Of a stretch of DNA of 64,000 nucleotides, positions 1 through 13,397 are shown piece by piece; positions within the stretch are counted from its first letter, which is position 1; each line of letters begins with the position of its first letter. Made by a program: the position numbers and the translations under genes. A model generated the notes under the pieces. The model did no database searches. It had not been told where the DNA came from and saw only the letters and a list, made by a program, of their open reading frames with translations. Origin of the DNA: Octopus vulgaris (Eukaryota); the NCBI GenBank assembly GCA_951406725.2, contig OX597816.1, positions 620,001 through 684,000 of the forward strand, read 5' to 3'.

Positions 1-384
1 AAATGATTTTAATTTATATCACTTTAAAGCAGGAAGTTTGTATCATAGAATCAGGGAATCAAGGGTGATCTCAGGTAGGTTGGTATGAAAAGGGTTAAAT
101 AAGGTCTGCTTAAACAAATGTGAAATTTGGTGGTTTATAATTTTTCTGCTTTGTGATATGCGTAACTTTAACCCTTTTGTTACCAAACTTTTACAGAAAT
201 AGATAGCATTCGTTACAGTTTATTTTGAAATTAATGAAGAATTTAGTGAAATAACTTGGTCATTAATAAGTTAGTGCTTGAAACATAAATCTACTAATGC
301 TTTATACTGAAACATATGTATATTGAGCTCTAACACCAGGTTATTAGTATCACTTTGCCTGAGCAAAATATTGATATATGTATA

Positions 385-594
385 GATGCCAGCGCTGCCT
401 TGACTGGCTTCTGTGCCGGTGGCACGTAAAAAGCACCCACTACACTCACGGAGTGGTTGGCATTAGGAAGGGCATCCAGCTGTAGAAACACTGCCAGATC
501 AGACTGGAGCCTGGTGCAGCCTCCTGGCTTCCCAGACCCCAGTCAAACCATCCAACCCATGCAAGCATGGAAAACGGACGTTAAATGATGATGA
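385..594 (+). mobile_element. RTE LINE 3' terminus
   Basis: GGCACGTAAAAGCACCCACTACAC...AGCATGGAAAACGGACGTTAAATGATGATGAT. Confidence 0.85.
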
Positions 595-2133
595 TATACA
601 TATATAAATTTTTATTTTTACCTGAAATTGTATACAAAAACAGTTTAACATTAAATTGAAGCATCACGCAATACCTTTTAGTAGAGTACAAGAGGAAGGT
701 TGACAGTGACTTGAAAAGTTTAGCTTACTCACCATCATCAGTCAGCTGAGAACTAATCAGCTGAAATTTTGAAGTCACTATCAACCTATTCTTTGTGTAT
801 GTGTTTGTGTGTGTGTGCATATATAGGCATGTGTATATGTGTGTGTGTACACACAAACGCACACATCTTTATTTATTTATCATTCTTTTACAAGAATGTT
901 GATGGTGATTTTGATGGCAGAACTGGTCAAAACTTCAAAATCACTGACGACAACATTCTTCTATAAGAATAATAAATTTTATTGTGTCTGGCAAGGCTCA
1001 CCACTTTGATTTCCACTCATTTACTTATTTTTTACCAAAATTTTTGTTGCTTCTTGCAACCTCTTCAATAGTTGTTGTATCTGTCCGTTATCAGAACTGC
1101 ATTCATTTTGTTTGTTTGTGTGCCTGTGTATACACATGTATGTTCAGTTTATTTTTCAAGATTTCTTGCCAATAGAGAAAGAGCTGGTTTCCAACTTAGA
1201 TCCAAGGATCCTTCCTTGGAATTTCAATATCAACAACAGGGTATTTTTGTTTGCATGTATGTATGTATGTATTCTGCATATTCATGTGTTTACCTCTGTC
1301 TCCTTGTGTGTCTGTGTGTATGGGTTTGTGTGACAATGCAAATTTGTATTCTACTAACGCATCAGATTAATGTAAAACTGTTTTTGTTATAACAGAATGT
1401 AGAAACAAACATTAAATATACATATATTTCAGAGTTTGCATATATATATATATATATATATATATGTAACATGTGGTATAATTATAAACAGGGTCAATTC
1501 TAGCCATTTCTCCACAGCCTGAAAGAAATGATGAACGACCTGAATCAAGTTTTGAACATTATTGGGTTCTCATCAGAGGTGTCTACATCAGTCTGACAGT
1601 CTCCAGCGAAACAAGTAGCCTAACTGTTTATATATTCAACAAATGCAGCAGTTATTTTAATAAAGGAGTCACTAATTTGCACACCAGAAGTACTTAACAC
1701 TCTATAAATGCCAGTGGCATGCACACACACACACACACACCTACATATGGTTGCTTTCTTTGAATGTCTATCTCCTAAATTCACTCACAAGGGTTTGGTC
1801 ACCCAAGGGCTATAGTAGAAAATATTCGCCCAACATGCTACAATGAGACTGAACATGAAACTCTGTGGCTGCCAAGCAAATGTCTTAACCTCACAGCCAT
1901 TCCTATGCCATATCAGAGCCTGGAAAGAAAGAAAATAATTTCTTCTGTCTTGCTGTAGGTATCCCAATACAAGTTCACTGTTGCAGTTTGAGTTGAGGCA
2001 GGAGGTATGGCTGGAGGGGGGTGAGTCTCAGGGACTATACCATGGCCATGTTTGGAGTAATTACCATTGCCTTTGCAATAAGGTTCCCCAGAGACAGTAC
2101 AGCTTCATTGGAATCTAATGTTTTCTGTTTCAG

Positions 2134-2241
2134 GGTGCTTTGGATATGAAAACCAAGACAGCTGAAGATGCAATGCTCACTCTGGAGCATGTTGTAATGC
2201 TCAGTGTGGATGACTGTATGGACTATTCCACTATTGCAAAG
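2134..2241 (+). CDS. DUF21/CBS-pair (CNNM/Mam3-like) protein, internal exon A (GALDMKTKTAEDAMLTLEHVVMLSVDDCMDYSTIAK); 5' exons lie outside the window
   Basis: tttcag acceptor ends at 2133, AAG|gtttgt donor, 108 nt, phase 0/0. The GALD.K.KTA.D.M motif precedes CBS1 in CNNM/DUF21 proteins. Confidence 0.88.
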
Positions 2242-2859
2242 GTTTGTAATTGTGTGTGGGCATGCATTTCTCTCTCTCTCTCTCTTCTGTCTTTTAATTA
2301 TTTAAATTCTTCCTCTGATGAAGGAGCTAGTTTCTAACAACGATACAAAGCTTCATCATTAGAATGTAGATAACTAAAACAATGTCCCATTTTAAACTTG
2401 AGAAAAGGGTTGCCTATTTTTACTGCTCCACTTCGAGATTGTATTTATGACATGCAAGTCAGTTGGTTGACTTGTAACCCTAGCTTATCCTGATTGTCAT
2501 TTTGGCATTAATTCACAAAACTAAGTTCTCCAGAGGGTGCATAGCCTGATGTTTAGGGGGTTGCACTCATGATTGCAAGACTGTGGTTTTGATTCCAGGC
2601 CTAGGCAGTGTGTCCTTGAGCAAAATACTTCATTGTCATGTTGCTCTGTGATCTGACGTGTGGAACACCTGTGCACCTGTACAGGCAATGTTGATTTGTT
2701 TTTATCTCATTAAATGAAGACAATGTAGGGAAAGTTAATTAACACTGATTAGAGTAAAGTAAGGTGTTAGTGATGAGTTTGTATTGTAAAATAAAGGTTT
2801 GACATCATTGAGGAATGGAGAATTTGAATAAATAACTGACACGAGTCTGAATCGATGTT

Positions 2860-3470
2860 CCCTCATTTTTGTTTTAGATAGGGGTGGTCTACATCACTGT
2901 TGATGTGGACATTATGTGTACTGGTTAGTACCGTCCAATTTCTTATATCAATGGCCCAGATCTCATCAAGCATTCAATCAAGTAGCCCAAATGTTGGTAT
3001 GATTACTGGCACTGAAAACACATCATGGGCCACTGTTTTATTGAATGCAGAGAGTTCTGAGGTCCAGATTTTCCTTATTCAGCTGTAATATTCTTTACTG
3101 ACATGTGTTTTGTTACAGGTGTCACAGTATGATATGCTTTCATCCACCCCTAGATACCAGTAACATTCTTCATCAGATACAGGAGGAACAGTCAACTCAT
3201 TAACAGATATGTTGCTAGTCTGATTTACAGTTTCCCATCTTTTCACAGCCATAGAGTAATGTTTATCCTCACCAAACTCCAACCCTATATGCTTTGAAAA
3301 TGTTATAACCAGGACAAGGCACTATTTCATCTCATGCTTATTTTTGGCAAAGAAGCTGTGTGATTTTTGTTTCCCTGTGAACCAGTGACATATCCTTCAG
3401 AATTCCTTAACATGAACGACAAGCTGTTTACAGAAAGTATAAACAACATCACAGAGAAGCTGTCCCTTTG
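2860..3470 (-). mobile_element. R4/Dong-like non-LTR RT fragment
   Basis: GDSFS.MLF, LEFGEDK, YWYLGVDE and KIWTSELSAFNK-type peptides in broken frames. Confidence 0.65.
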
Positions 3471-3839
3471 TGTATGTGTGTGTGTCTCTCTCTCTATCCC
3501 CCCCCCCCCCCCCCGGTAAATGACCCTACTAGATATGTAGGAAAAGTGCAGGCAGAAATTCCATATAGTATACCCAGTGCAAGTTATGGACTCACAAGAG
3601 CTTCGTTATAATTGCAGGAAAGTTACTGGAGAAAGTAGTCTTTCTATGTGGAAGTTGCACAGGTACCATAAAGCCAAAGAATACACAAAAAATTGATTAT
3701 TTCAAATGCCCTGGAGGTAGTAGATAATTTCTGCTATTTAGACAGCCTAATTAGCAGTGGAGGAGGGTGTTCTGAAAGTGTATTTGCTAGAATAAGGGAA
3801 GGATAGAGAAGGCTATTACCTCTGCTGGCAATGAAAAGT

Positions 3840-4260
3840 CTGTCTCTCTCTGGGGAAAAAGGCAGATTATATGATGCTAGTGTATGTACAGCAATGCTAC
3901 ATGGCAGTGAGATGTGGGCCCTGAATGCTGAGACTCGAGAGGAATGAAGCTAGCATGCTCTGCTGGATGTGCAGTGTTAGTGTGCATGTACAATAAATTG
4001 CTAATATATTGAGAAAGACTAGGCATAAGAGTAATCAGATGAAGTGTGCGAGAGCGAAGACTATGTTGGTTTGGTCATGTGATGCATATAGATGAAGACA
4101 GAAGCATGAATAAGTGTCAGTTGCTTAAAATGGATAGAACTTGTAGAAGACATGGGATGAAGTATTGAAGGCTGATCTCAAGATGTTGAACCTTATGGAA
4201 GAGATGACGGGATTGAGATAATTGGCATTTCAATGTACTCAAGACAACCCATGCATGACA
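3840..4260 (+). mobile_element. Old RTE LINE 3' coding fragment
   Basis: AMLHGSEMW and ERRLCWFGHV; diverged copy of 29400-29870. Confidence 0.75.
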
Positions 4261-4655
4261 GCAACAATGATATCATAAAGCCACTCAGTTATGCCTGTAC
4301 ACGCGAGGCCCTATTCCCATCCTTTCTCCTCTCTTTCTGACTCATCTGGAATTCCTCCACTATTTTCACACACCCCACCTCTATCTGTGGTACTACTCAG
4401 CTGCTGCATTCACCTGACAGCAAAATCAGCAGGTTACATCCCATCCATGAGGGAAGCCACACCCCAACCTGTTACCTACACAATTTCTACCAATCACCTC
4501 CTTTTTGTGCCTTCAGCCCCTGCTCACTTCCCCTCTGCTATACTCCATTCTAAACACCTATCTTATCTGCCATCACTCTCAATGTTCTCCCATATCTACC
4601 ATCATGACCTACCCCATCACTTTGGCCCCTTATGTGTCCTTACACCTTATATATC

Positions 4656-4947
4656 TGTGGTGAGTGCGCGATTTGAATATAAAGGCACCTACCTTCTTTT
4701 CCTCGTGATGGAGACCCTTCTGCGGTAACTAATCCTTCGACACAGCCCCGACCCGAACACTAAAGATAGCAGCTGCTCACCCAAACCCTTAGCGACGTCC
4801 TCACACGTCTTGTCACCTGGATGACCCACGTTGGAAAGGCCCAATTGACCGCTCCCTGCGCACGCCTGACAGCTTCCCCTTCTGGTTGCCCCAGCTTCCG
4901 GTCAATGCACCCAGCTGCTGACATCCAGCTGCTGACGTCATCCCACA
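4656..4947 (-). repeat. 3' LTR of the Gypsy element (292 bp)
   Basis: TGTGG...CCACA inverted termini. Lies directly after the integrase stop and is partly repeated at about 6765-6887. Confidence 0.8.
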
Positions 4948-6887
4948 TGCCACCCTGATCTTAAAGATCACAATCTCTCCGCTCCATGTCGTAGTCCACC
5001 ATCCAACCGGGAGAGCGCCTTGCGCGTCGAGATCTTCTCAAGCTGGGCACTTCGTTCTCCCCCTCTCCAGAATCGTCGTCCGTCGAAGCGACAATCTTGC
5101 GAAGGTCTAAGACGTGTCGTGGCGTTCCATCCACGGATATGTTGTTTCTGGAATTGACCACCGTCACCGTTCCTCTGCTCCATTGAGACGTACAGCGCGC
5201 CTTTGGTGGCTTAATCCAGACTTCCTCCCCTATTTTCACGCGAACAGGTCCCTTCTCTTCCTTGTGATCCTCCGGCGCTTTGCTCGGGTGCCTCCATTCA
5301 TATTTGAACACAGCTCTCTGCAGCACAGATTCCTCAGCTTGTCCGGATCGGGGAGACAAGTTGTACCAAAAAACTGCTTCAAGCGGCGAAATGTACCCTC
5401 TTTCCGCTATGGCCTTGACTGTCCGATGGTGCCTCTCCACGATCCCGTTACCGCTCGGCCTATATGCTGCTCTGAACAAGCGTCGCACCTTCCACCGGTC
5501 AAGCATAACCCTCAATGCTTCCGAACGAAACGCTGCCCCGTTGTCCATCAGTAGTTCTTCCACGGGACCTCTCTCTAAGAATATCCCGTTCAGGATCTGC
5601 GCGATCTCGTCAGCAATGCCCGATCTCAACTCCCTCCAAATGGCCAGCTGGCCCGGCAAGGCCCGCGGTCGACCATGGACAGGTACATTTGCTGACGGTA
5701 GTGTGTCACATCCACAGCTAGCCTTTTCCAGTTCTACTCCATGGAAAGGCTTCCCTGTTCATGCTCACACGGAGCAGGGTCGATGGACTGACACCTGTCG
5801 CAGCTCCCAACCACCTTCCGGATGCTTCTCTTAGTGACGTCAGCATCAATTTTCTTCGCCAGATACAGGGTCCTGTCCACACCCAGGTGATGCATAGCAT
5901 GCAGTTTCTTCAGTTCAGAGTCATCCAACCGACACGCCACAGCTATCCCTTTCCGAGCCTCCTCCGGTTCTTCCAACCACGCTCTTTTCACCCTGGTCAG
6001 TACGTCCGCCCTGTTTTTCTCCGAAGGCACGAAAACCACGCTCAGCTTCAGTCCAAACTCGGCGATCAATTCACCTAGAACTCCTAGATGGCGCTTCACT
6101 AACATCTCCGCAGCACCTTTCGTCCGCACTCTCCTTTCACCGGTGATCACCGATCCTACCCAGCCAAGCACAGTGGCCGAATCCGTCCGGATTTCAATCG
6201 TGCGCAGCCCCCATTTCAAGGCCAAGTTCACCCCTTTCAGCACCACGTCTAATTCGGCGACATTGATGTGGTTGAAATCATCTGCTTTCCGAAGCCAGGC
6301 CGCGTCCTACACCACAGCGCCTTTGATTGCCAACACCACCCCTATCGCTATACTGCTAGCATCACACCAGACGGTCCCGCATTCCGTCTTGGGCACGTAC
6401 CAGTTCCCCCTGACCGGGTCTTCCACTCTCGTCCTCTCTAGGATTTCCTGCATCATTGCCACCGTCCCTTCTCCCACCTTGTCGCCCCACCTCTCCCCTT
6501 CTGCTTGTTTCTTGGTGTAACTACACGCCGTGCGCAGCCATCCAGCGATCGGGTAGTGACCAACCAACTTCCCACACACCGAGAACAGCTCTCTCCTGCT
6601 GACGCTGGAACTCAGCTCTGGGATCTCATTTCCTCTCCGGAACACCAATTCACCTGATCCAGCTCTTCGCAGCTTCAGCCCCAGCACGGCTCCCCCTTCA
6701 ATCGACTCCGGTGGCTTAGCAATCAATCCGAACTTCTCCAGATGACTAACTACCTCGTCGGCTGGCAGCTGCTCACCCAAACCTTTAGCGACGTCCTCAC
6801 ACGTCTTGTCACCTGGACGATCCACGTTGGAAAGGCCCAATTGACCGCTCCCTGCGCACGCCTGACAGCTGCTGGCGTCATCCCACC
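4656..6887 (-). mobile_element. Gypsy-type LTR retrotransposon, internally deleted (RT C-terminus, RNase H, integrase, one full LTR)
   Basis: RNase H motifs (WCDAS, AELD, RTDS), HHCC zinc finger (H..HH...CDRC) and integrase D-D-E (VDVTH, MDNG, IVERHH), in RT-RH-INT order. Two stops and one frameshift. Confidence 0.9.
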
Positions 6888-7936
6888 ACTTTCTCTTCTC
6901 CTTCCTCATCCACTCTATATCTCCCACTTTATCCCTCCTTATACTCATATTTCCCATTATCCACACTCCTACTCTTCTTTGTCACTCACAGCTCTACCTC
7001 CCCTTGTACAAAAGCATCCATTTTCTCATCCCTCCCCCCATGACCTACCTTCTTGTTCCTTAAGACTTTGCTCCTGCACCCCATCACTACCTTCCTTTTA
7101 TTTCATTTAGCTGTGTATCTCATCTCTAGCAAAACAACTGGGCTTGTCCCTTTATAATACTTTAGCCTTTGAACATGTGACACAAAGCCACCTACCTCCA
7201 CCTCCCCTTCCCAAATACTTACCTCTGAGTAGTTGGAGTTTTTTCCTTATTTTTTTTTTTTTCCTGTCTTGTAAGTTACATGGCAACCTCACTTGTGCCA
7301 ATGACTCGAAAAAGTACCCAGTTCATTTTGTAAAGTGGTTGGCATTAGGAAGAGCATCCAGCCATAGAAACCATGACAATGGAGTTCGAGAGGGCCCTGC
7401 ACCTCACTGGTTCCCTGTCAAATCCATACCAGCATGGAAAACAGATGTTAAATGATGATGATGATATGTATGCACAAGTGCAGCTAAGAAGCTTCCTTCC
7501 CAGCCCAAAGGTGCCACACAGTGACTTCTACTATAGCTCCAGGTTGACCAAAGCTCTCCAAATGAATTTGGTAGACAAAACTGAAAGAAACCTGTTGTAT
7601 ATATATATGTATGTGTATGTTTGTGTCTGAATGAGGGTCTGTGTCCCTTTGTCTTCACATCACATAATTGTTGTAAATGAATGTCATTCCTTTTCAATAC
7701 TCTCCAAAAACATGTCTGGGCAAATATTGCCTTGCTTGGAAAAAGGTATGGGTTGGTAGCAAGGAAGGCATTTGACTGTAGAAAATATGCCTCAATAAAC
7801 TTTATCTGATCCACACAAGCATAGAAAAGTGGATGATGATGATGATACCATTTAATTGTTTTCCATATTAATTGTTATTATTTCTTACTACAAAACTTGA
7901 AGTTTTAAACTTTTTTTTTGCAAATTTTCTTTTCAG

Positions 7937-8147
7937 TTATCAACAGGACACTCTAGGATTCCCATATACCAGGGTTGTAAACAAAATATCTTGGGAATTC
8001 TTCTGGTGAAGAATTTAATACTTTTGGATCCTAAAGATAGTATATCAGTCAACAAACTTATTGACAGCTCTGCTTTTCGCTCTGTTCCTATAGTTCCTTC
8101 CAATACACCCCTCTTTGATCTTTTAAACCTGTTCCAAACTGGAAAAA
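7937..8147 (+). CDS. DUF21/CBS-pair protein, exon B (LSTGHSRIPIYQG...ILGILLVKNLILLDP...PLFDLLNLFQTGK)
   Basis: ttttcag acceptor and A|gtaaga donor. Contains the GHSRIPIY and LLN.FQ.G motifs of CNNM CBS domains, in frame with exon A. Confidence 0.92.
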
Positions 8148-8754
8148 GTAAGATATGTTTTCTACTTTGTTATCTACACTAAAAACAAAAGGAAGCTAAT
8201 AACTGTGTTTCATTTCAGCTTAATTAGATGTAATTTTCTTTTATGTAATCACTGTCATCATTATCATTATGGCTGCTGCTGCTGCCTCCTCCATCGTGAT
8301 CAACATTGTTGTTGTTTTAATGTACACTTTCCCATGGTTGCAGGATGCTTTGAGATAGACTTTCAATGTCTGAGTATCTATCCCATTGCCTACCCTCACC
8401 TCTTTCCAACTGTCTCCCTCTCTCTCTCCCACACACACAGAGATGCTCTTTTACTGATTTCAGCCATTGGATTGCTGGAATAGTGTCCTCGAGGGATTAG
8501 TCAACCACAAGATTATTTTTTTAAGTCTGATACAGAATGTCATACTGGCACACACAAATACACACATACCAGGTATTCCTTTTTGGTAATGCTGTTTTCA
8601 GCCCATACTTGTTGAAACATGCTCTAACACATTTAAACAAGATCTTTTCACAGGTGCATAAATACCAGAGAGCAAGGAAAGCTTCGGTTAGATAGATTCT
8701 GGCTTGCAGACACACAATAATCTGTTGCTTCATAAAAATGCAGGTCACAGAAGA

Positions 8755-9545
8755 GCACATTAGACATATCATGCTTTACGAGTATACAAAAGCAACAATG
8801 CAATAAATTCTGTGAGACTTGTGCAAGAATTGTATGGTGAAGGTATTTTGAATATTTGCAAGTGCCAATGATGGTTCCATAAATTTTGACGAAGAGACTT
8901 TAGCTTGGAAGATGTCTGCCGCTCTGCATGCTCTTTTGATAGTGATGTGCTAAAAGCCACTACTGGAAGAAATCCATATGCAACTGTTGAACGGTTAGCA
9001 GAAGAGGTTAATTCATCAACTGCCATTTGCAAGAACTTGAAATTACGTCTAAGCTTGGCAAATGGGTTCCACATAAACTGAGTGGAAACAATTGAAGAGA
9101 GCATTCAATAACTGCACTGCTCTTTATTCACATGAGAAAAAAAATCCATCCTCATTTTTGAACTGCCTGGTGATGAGTGGACACTCCATAAGAATGTTAA
9201 ACACTGATGTCAATGGGTTAAACCAGGAGAAGAAGCAAGACCCAATCCAAAACAGATCTTCGTCCTTCAAAGGTTCTGTTAAGCGTTTGGTGTAATACAC
9301 TTTGAAACCTTGCCACAAAACCAGACAATTACAGCACAAGTGTACTGTGAGCAAATTGATAGAGTGAATGAAAAACTTACAGAAAAAAGGTGCTTTCTAG
9401 TCAATTGAAAGGTTTTTTCTTTTTCCATCATGACAATGCCAGACCTCAGAGTAAAAGATTCACATGTATCAAGATTGAGGAGCTGGGGTGGGAAAGGCTT
9501 CCATATTCTCCAGACCTTGCTCCTTTGGGTTATCATTTATTCTGA
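8755..9545 (+). mobile_element. Degenerate mariner (SETMAR-like) transposase
   Basis: KWVPHKL, HDNARP and PYSPDLAP motifs in broken frames. Confidence 0.8.
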
Positions 9546-9561
9546 AGCTTGAAAAGTAGAA

Positions 9562-10140
9562 TTATGACTGGGTGATAACAGTTTGCTTAAAGTAGCTGCC
9601 CTCCACTTTCACCACAGCCTCAAGATGGTTCTGAAACTCAGCACATGCATTCCTTACTGGGTCTCTGGGAAGATCTTCAAAAACTTCTTCGATCATGGCT
9701 ACCAGCTCAGCCAGAGTAGTTGGTGTCTTTTTCAACTGTATGCTGTATGTAGTAATCCAAATTCTCTGACAACCACCTCTACCTTTTTCTGGAGGCATGG
9801 CACACAACCAAATCCTGCTGCCACACATATGACCTTTCAGCCAGGGGTTGGCTTCATTCTCCAATAGCTTCTCATAGCTGTCTGAGTTGAGCCTAAGGTC
9901 TTGTTCAAAGATGTGAGGATGAATTCCAGTGTGTGGACACTGTCAGAATGTCTGTTTTGTCCCTTCCTGCAGGCAATGGCTTTTGTAATATTTGTTACAG
10001 CTGTCCACACCACGTTTTACAGCCTTTAAAATGTTCACAGAGCATTGAACAGCAGTCATGATGTCAGCATTTTGGTACCCAGTATGAATCATCACAATGT
10101 AGGTAACTCTTTTCTAATATTCAGATGGCTTCCAGTCCTC
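9562..10140 (-). mobile_element. Degenerate Tc1/mariner-superfamily (maT/DD37D-like) transposase
   Basis: C-terminus ...VRNACAEFQNHLEAVVKVEGSYFK is typical of the family. Confidence 0.65.
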
Positions 10141-10439
10141 GATGTCACTTAACTTTATCTCCACCATACACACACACATACTTGTATCATATTTTTTTTC
10201 TGCTCATGTTCATCTATCATGTACACTCACTCTTATCGCTTATGTTGTTGGCACTGCTAAATTGAATAATAATAATATTAGAAGGTGTCAAAATCATGAT
10301 GATGAGGGGGTTGAGCTTCTCTGTGACCATTGTGATTTTTTTTATTCCTGCTAATCTGTATGTTCTTATGTTGTCCCTTTAAGCCACATTTTTATCATAT
10401 ATACACACCTATATATATCTATATTGCAATCTTTTCAAG

Positions 10440-10522
10440 GTCATTTATGTATTGTGAGAGAACAAATTCCAGGTGATGTTATTATCACAACAACTGCAAC
10501 AATCTCTTCCCTTGATACAAAG
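10440..10522 (+). CDS. DUF21/CBS-pair protein, exon C (SHLCIVREQIPGDVIITTTATISSLDTK)
   Basis: cttttcaag acceptor and AAG|gtatct donor. The phase-1 join gives GKSHL, matching the GKSHL/M motif of CBS2. Confidence 0.85.
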
Positions 10523-10817
10523 GTATCTTGCACATTGTTTACTCTCTCTTTACAAACAATCTTTTATTTCACTTCTGTTTTTCTACAAAGTTGATTAGAT
10601 TTGCACTTGCCTTAATATATTTTTTGAAAATATCGATTAACTATATATTTGAGTTAATTTTGAATATTAAATATTATTCTAAATATTAACAGAAAAATCT
10701 AATGAAAACTGTCTGATACATTATTGTTTCTTGATAAAACGAGCTGTCTTTGGATTCTTGCCATAAATACTTGAATGTTCACCTTTTAAATTATTTTTAT
10801 TGGAGAAATGTTTTCTT

Positions 10818-11035
10818 TAACCCTTTCATAGCCATATCTTTGCTGAAACAGATCGCCTTTGTTCCAATTAATTTTGAAAATAAAGAATTTAGTAAAATAA
10901 CTTTAAGTTGAGGTTTGAAACATGAATTAACATGAAATTTTGATGGAAGGTTTTAATTTAAATCACTTTAGAACAAGGTGCTTGTATCATAGATCCAGAG
11001 ACTGTCTCAGGTAGGTTGATATCAAAAAGACTAAA
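10818..11035. mobile_element. TTAA-flanked piggyBac-like MITE family
   Basis: TTAACCCTTT...AAAGGGTTAA-type ends. Related pieces at 1-98, 168-300, 11815-11960, 33303-33390 and 41805-41970. Confidence 0.6.
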
Positions 11036-12128
11036 CCATCAGATTAATATCCACTTTTATATGGTCGTGTGGATTGGACTCAATGGAATTCATTATGGCA
11101 GATCTTCTACAGCCAGATACCCTTGCTGTTGCCAACCCTCACTTGTTTCCAAGCAATGTAATATTTCCCCAGGCAGAAGATTAAAAATGAAGGATACCAT
11201 TTGTATGAAGTTGACACCCATTAACAACTGTTACACTATGTCAAGAGAAAGATGCACTGACACATAGACCTATGTGCACACACACACAGATGCTCTTTTA
11301 CTGATTTCAGCCATTGGACTGCCGGAGTAGTGTCTTTCAGGGATTAGTCAGTCAAGTCAACCATAGGGTTATTTTTTAAAGTCTGATACAGAATATCATA
11401 CTGGCACACACAAACAGATTTCTTTTAGTTTCCAAATCCACTGACAAGGCTTTGGTTGGCCCATGTTCAGTGGGACTGAACCGGAGACCATATAGCTGGG
11501 AAACAAACTTCTCAACCACAAGTGTGTCTCTGTACCTAGGATAATTCAGCAGACACCATTATTTATCACTATTCATGAGTCAGTAAGGAAGCCTTTGTAC
11601 AGTCGTTTTACCTGCTAGCAATAGCAACCTAATTCCTTTCAAATTGCCTTATAAATCTATGCAGCAACTTTAGACTGATGAGATGACTCTTTGAAGAGTT
11701 GTAGCCTTGAGACAGAAGGTGTGCTTGTAGATGTGAGCTTGTCTAGCAAGTAGACATTGTTTTTCTGGATTTTAGTCAAGAATGTTGATGGACACCACCT
11801 GAAATATATATATCTAACCCTTTTCATGCAAACTGACACTGTCTCTCATTCTATGATAATAATTTCCTGTTTTAAAGTGATTTAAATTCATGCCTTCCAT
11901 TAGAATTTCATTTTTATTTATCTTCCAAACACCAGCTTAACAATGACAATGTTATTTCACCAGACCCACGTGTACTATCTGGGAGCTGTAACAGACCCAC
12001 AGAGGGGATATAACAAATCTTATATGTCTTATCTATGGCTATAACCTCTTGAGTATTCAAGAGCAAATGGTGTATTTTGCAACTACGTATGTATACATGA
12101 CATCTGTTATTTTTAAATCTTTACTCAG

Positions 12129-12278
12129 ATAATTGGGATTATCACTCTTGAAGATGTTATTGAAGAATTAATCCAGGAGGAGATAGTTGATGAAAGTGAA
12201 GTTCCTCTTGATATCAATGATAAACTTCAAGTGTCTCGAAGCAGACAGAAATGTTATAACATTCATTCCCTTTCAACA
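12129..12278 (+). CDS. DUF21/CBS-pair protein, exon D (IIGIITLEDVIEELIQEEIVDESEV...)
   Basis: actcag acceptor and ACA|gtgagt donor, 150 nt. GIITLEDVIEELIQEEI.DE is the hallmark end of CNNM CBS2. Confidence 0.93.
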
Positions 12279-12334
12279 GTGAGTAAAAAATCCTTCTTAT
12301 TATTATCGTCTCTATGATGCTTTCACTCTTGCAG

Positions 12335-12985
12335 ATGTTATACCAAAAGAGCCAGCTATATCCAATGGCCAAAGGTCCTTTGGGCCTTCTCTTCAACTTG
12401 CTAACACCCTCCTTAGAATCCTTGTTCCTGACAAGGCTGTTTTCCGCAGCAGCCTCATTTTGATGCTAATCCCTAGCTTCTCAAGCCATGCATCCAACCT
12501 TTCATTAACTGCTCCCACTGCACCAACCACATTCGGTTCCACTTCTACTTGCCACATTCTCTATAGTTTCCTGATTTCCCACTTCAGTTCCTCATATTTC
12601 TCCACTTTCTCATTTTCCTTCTTATTCACCCTGTGGTCTCATGGTGAAGCAACATCCATAATAATTGTTTTGTTCTTTTTCTTTATCTGTGACAACAATG
12701 TCAGGTTTTCTAACCTCAGCAAACTGGTCACACTGGATGGACGTCTCCCACAAGATCTTATATTGTTCATTTTCAGCAACCTTTTCTGCTTGGTGCTCAC
12801 ACCATTTCTCACTAAACCGGTCAATGTTATCAGACCTTCTTCTCTCGTATTCTTTTTGTGCGAGCATCTTGCATTCGCTAATAATGTGGTTTATTGTTTC
12901 ACCTTTCTCACCACACAACCTCGCTCCTAGTGAGTATGCCCTAGCACAAGTTCTCTTCTTCCAATGCCCCCACCCCTCTCAAAGG
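12335..12985 (-). mobile_element. R4/Dong-like LINE 3' part (CCHC plus restriction-like endonuclease)
   Basis: CGEKGETINHIISEC, KILWE, RKPDIVV, IIMDVASP and EKVEKY..L. Confidence 0.85.
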
Positions 12986-13397
12986 TTCCTTGTCTTGCAA
13001 AGTTACTTGGTGACCCTGCCAGTGCTGGTACTATGTATAAAGTATCCAGTCCACACTGTAAAGTTGTTGGTGTTTGGGAGGATATCCAGCGGGAAGAAAA
13101 AAAACCATGCCAAAACTGACCTTACTTGTGCTGGTGCCATGTAAAAAGCACTCAGTCCATTCTGCAGGGTGGTTGGTGTTAGGAAGGGCATCCAGCCATA
13201 AAACCTATGCCGAAACAGACACAGAAGTTTGGTGCAGTCTTCTGCCTGGCTAGCGCCTATCAACCCATGCCAGCATGGAAAGTGAACATTAAATGATGGT
13301 GATGAGCACAGACGTTTATGTAATTGACTTTCCCCTTCCCTCTAAATTTCAGTCTTTCTGCCCAGAGTAGAAAGGATTATTATTATTATAATTATAA

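Noticed and set aside
769-1392. Cys/Val-rich ORFs (likewise at 52600-53120 and 62488-62895)
   Set aside because: They are translations of (TG)n/(CA)n/(TA)n microsatellites.
1518-1700. Acceptor-like site with an open frame, a possible upstream CNNM exon
   Set aside because: No DUF21-like peptide and no convincing donor.
5114-6520. Several long plus-strand ORFs
   Set aside because: Antisense shadows of the GC-rich Gypsy pol.
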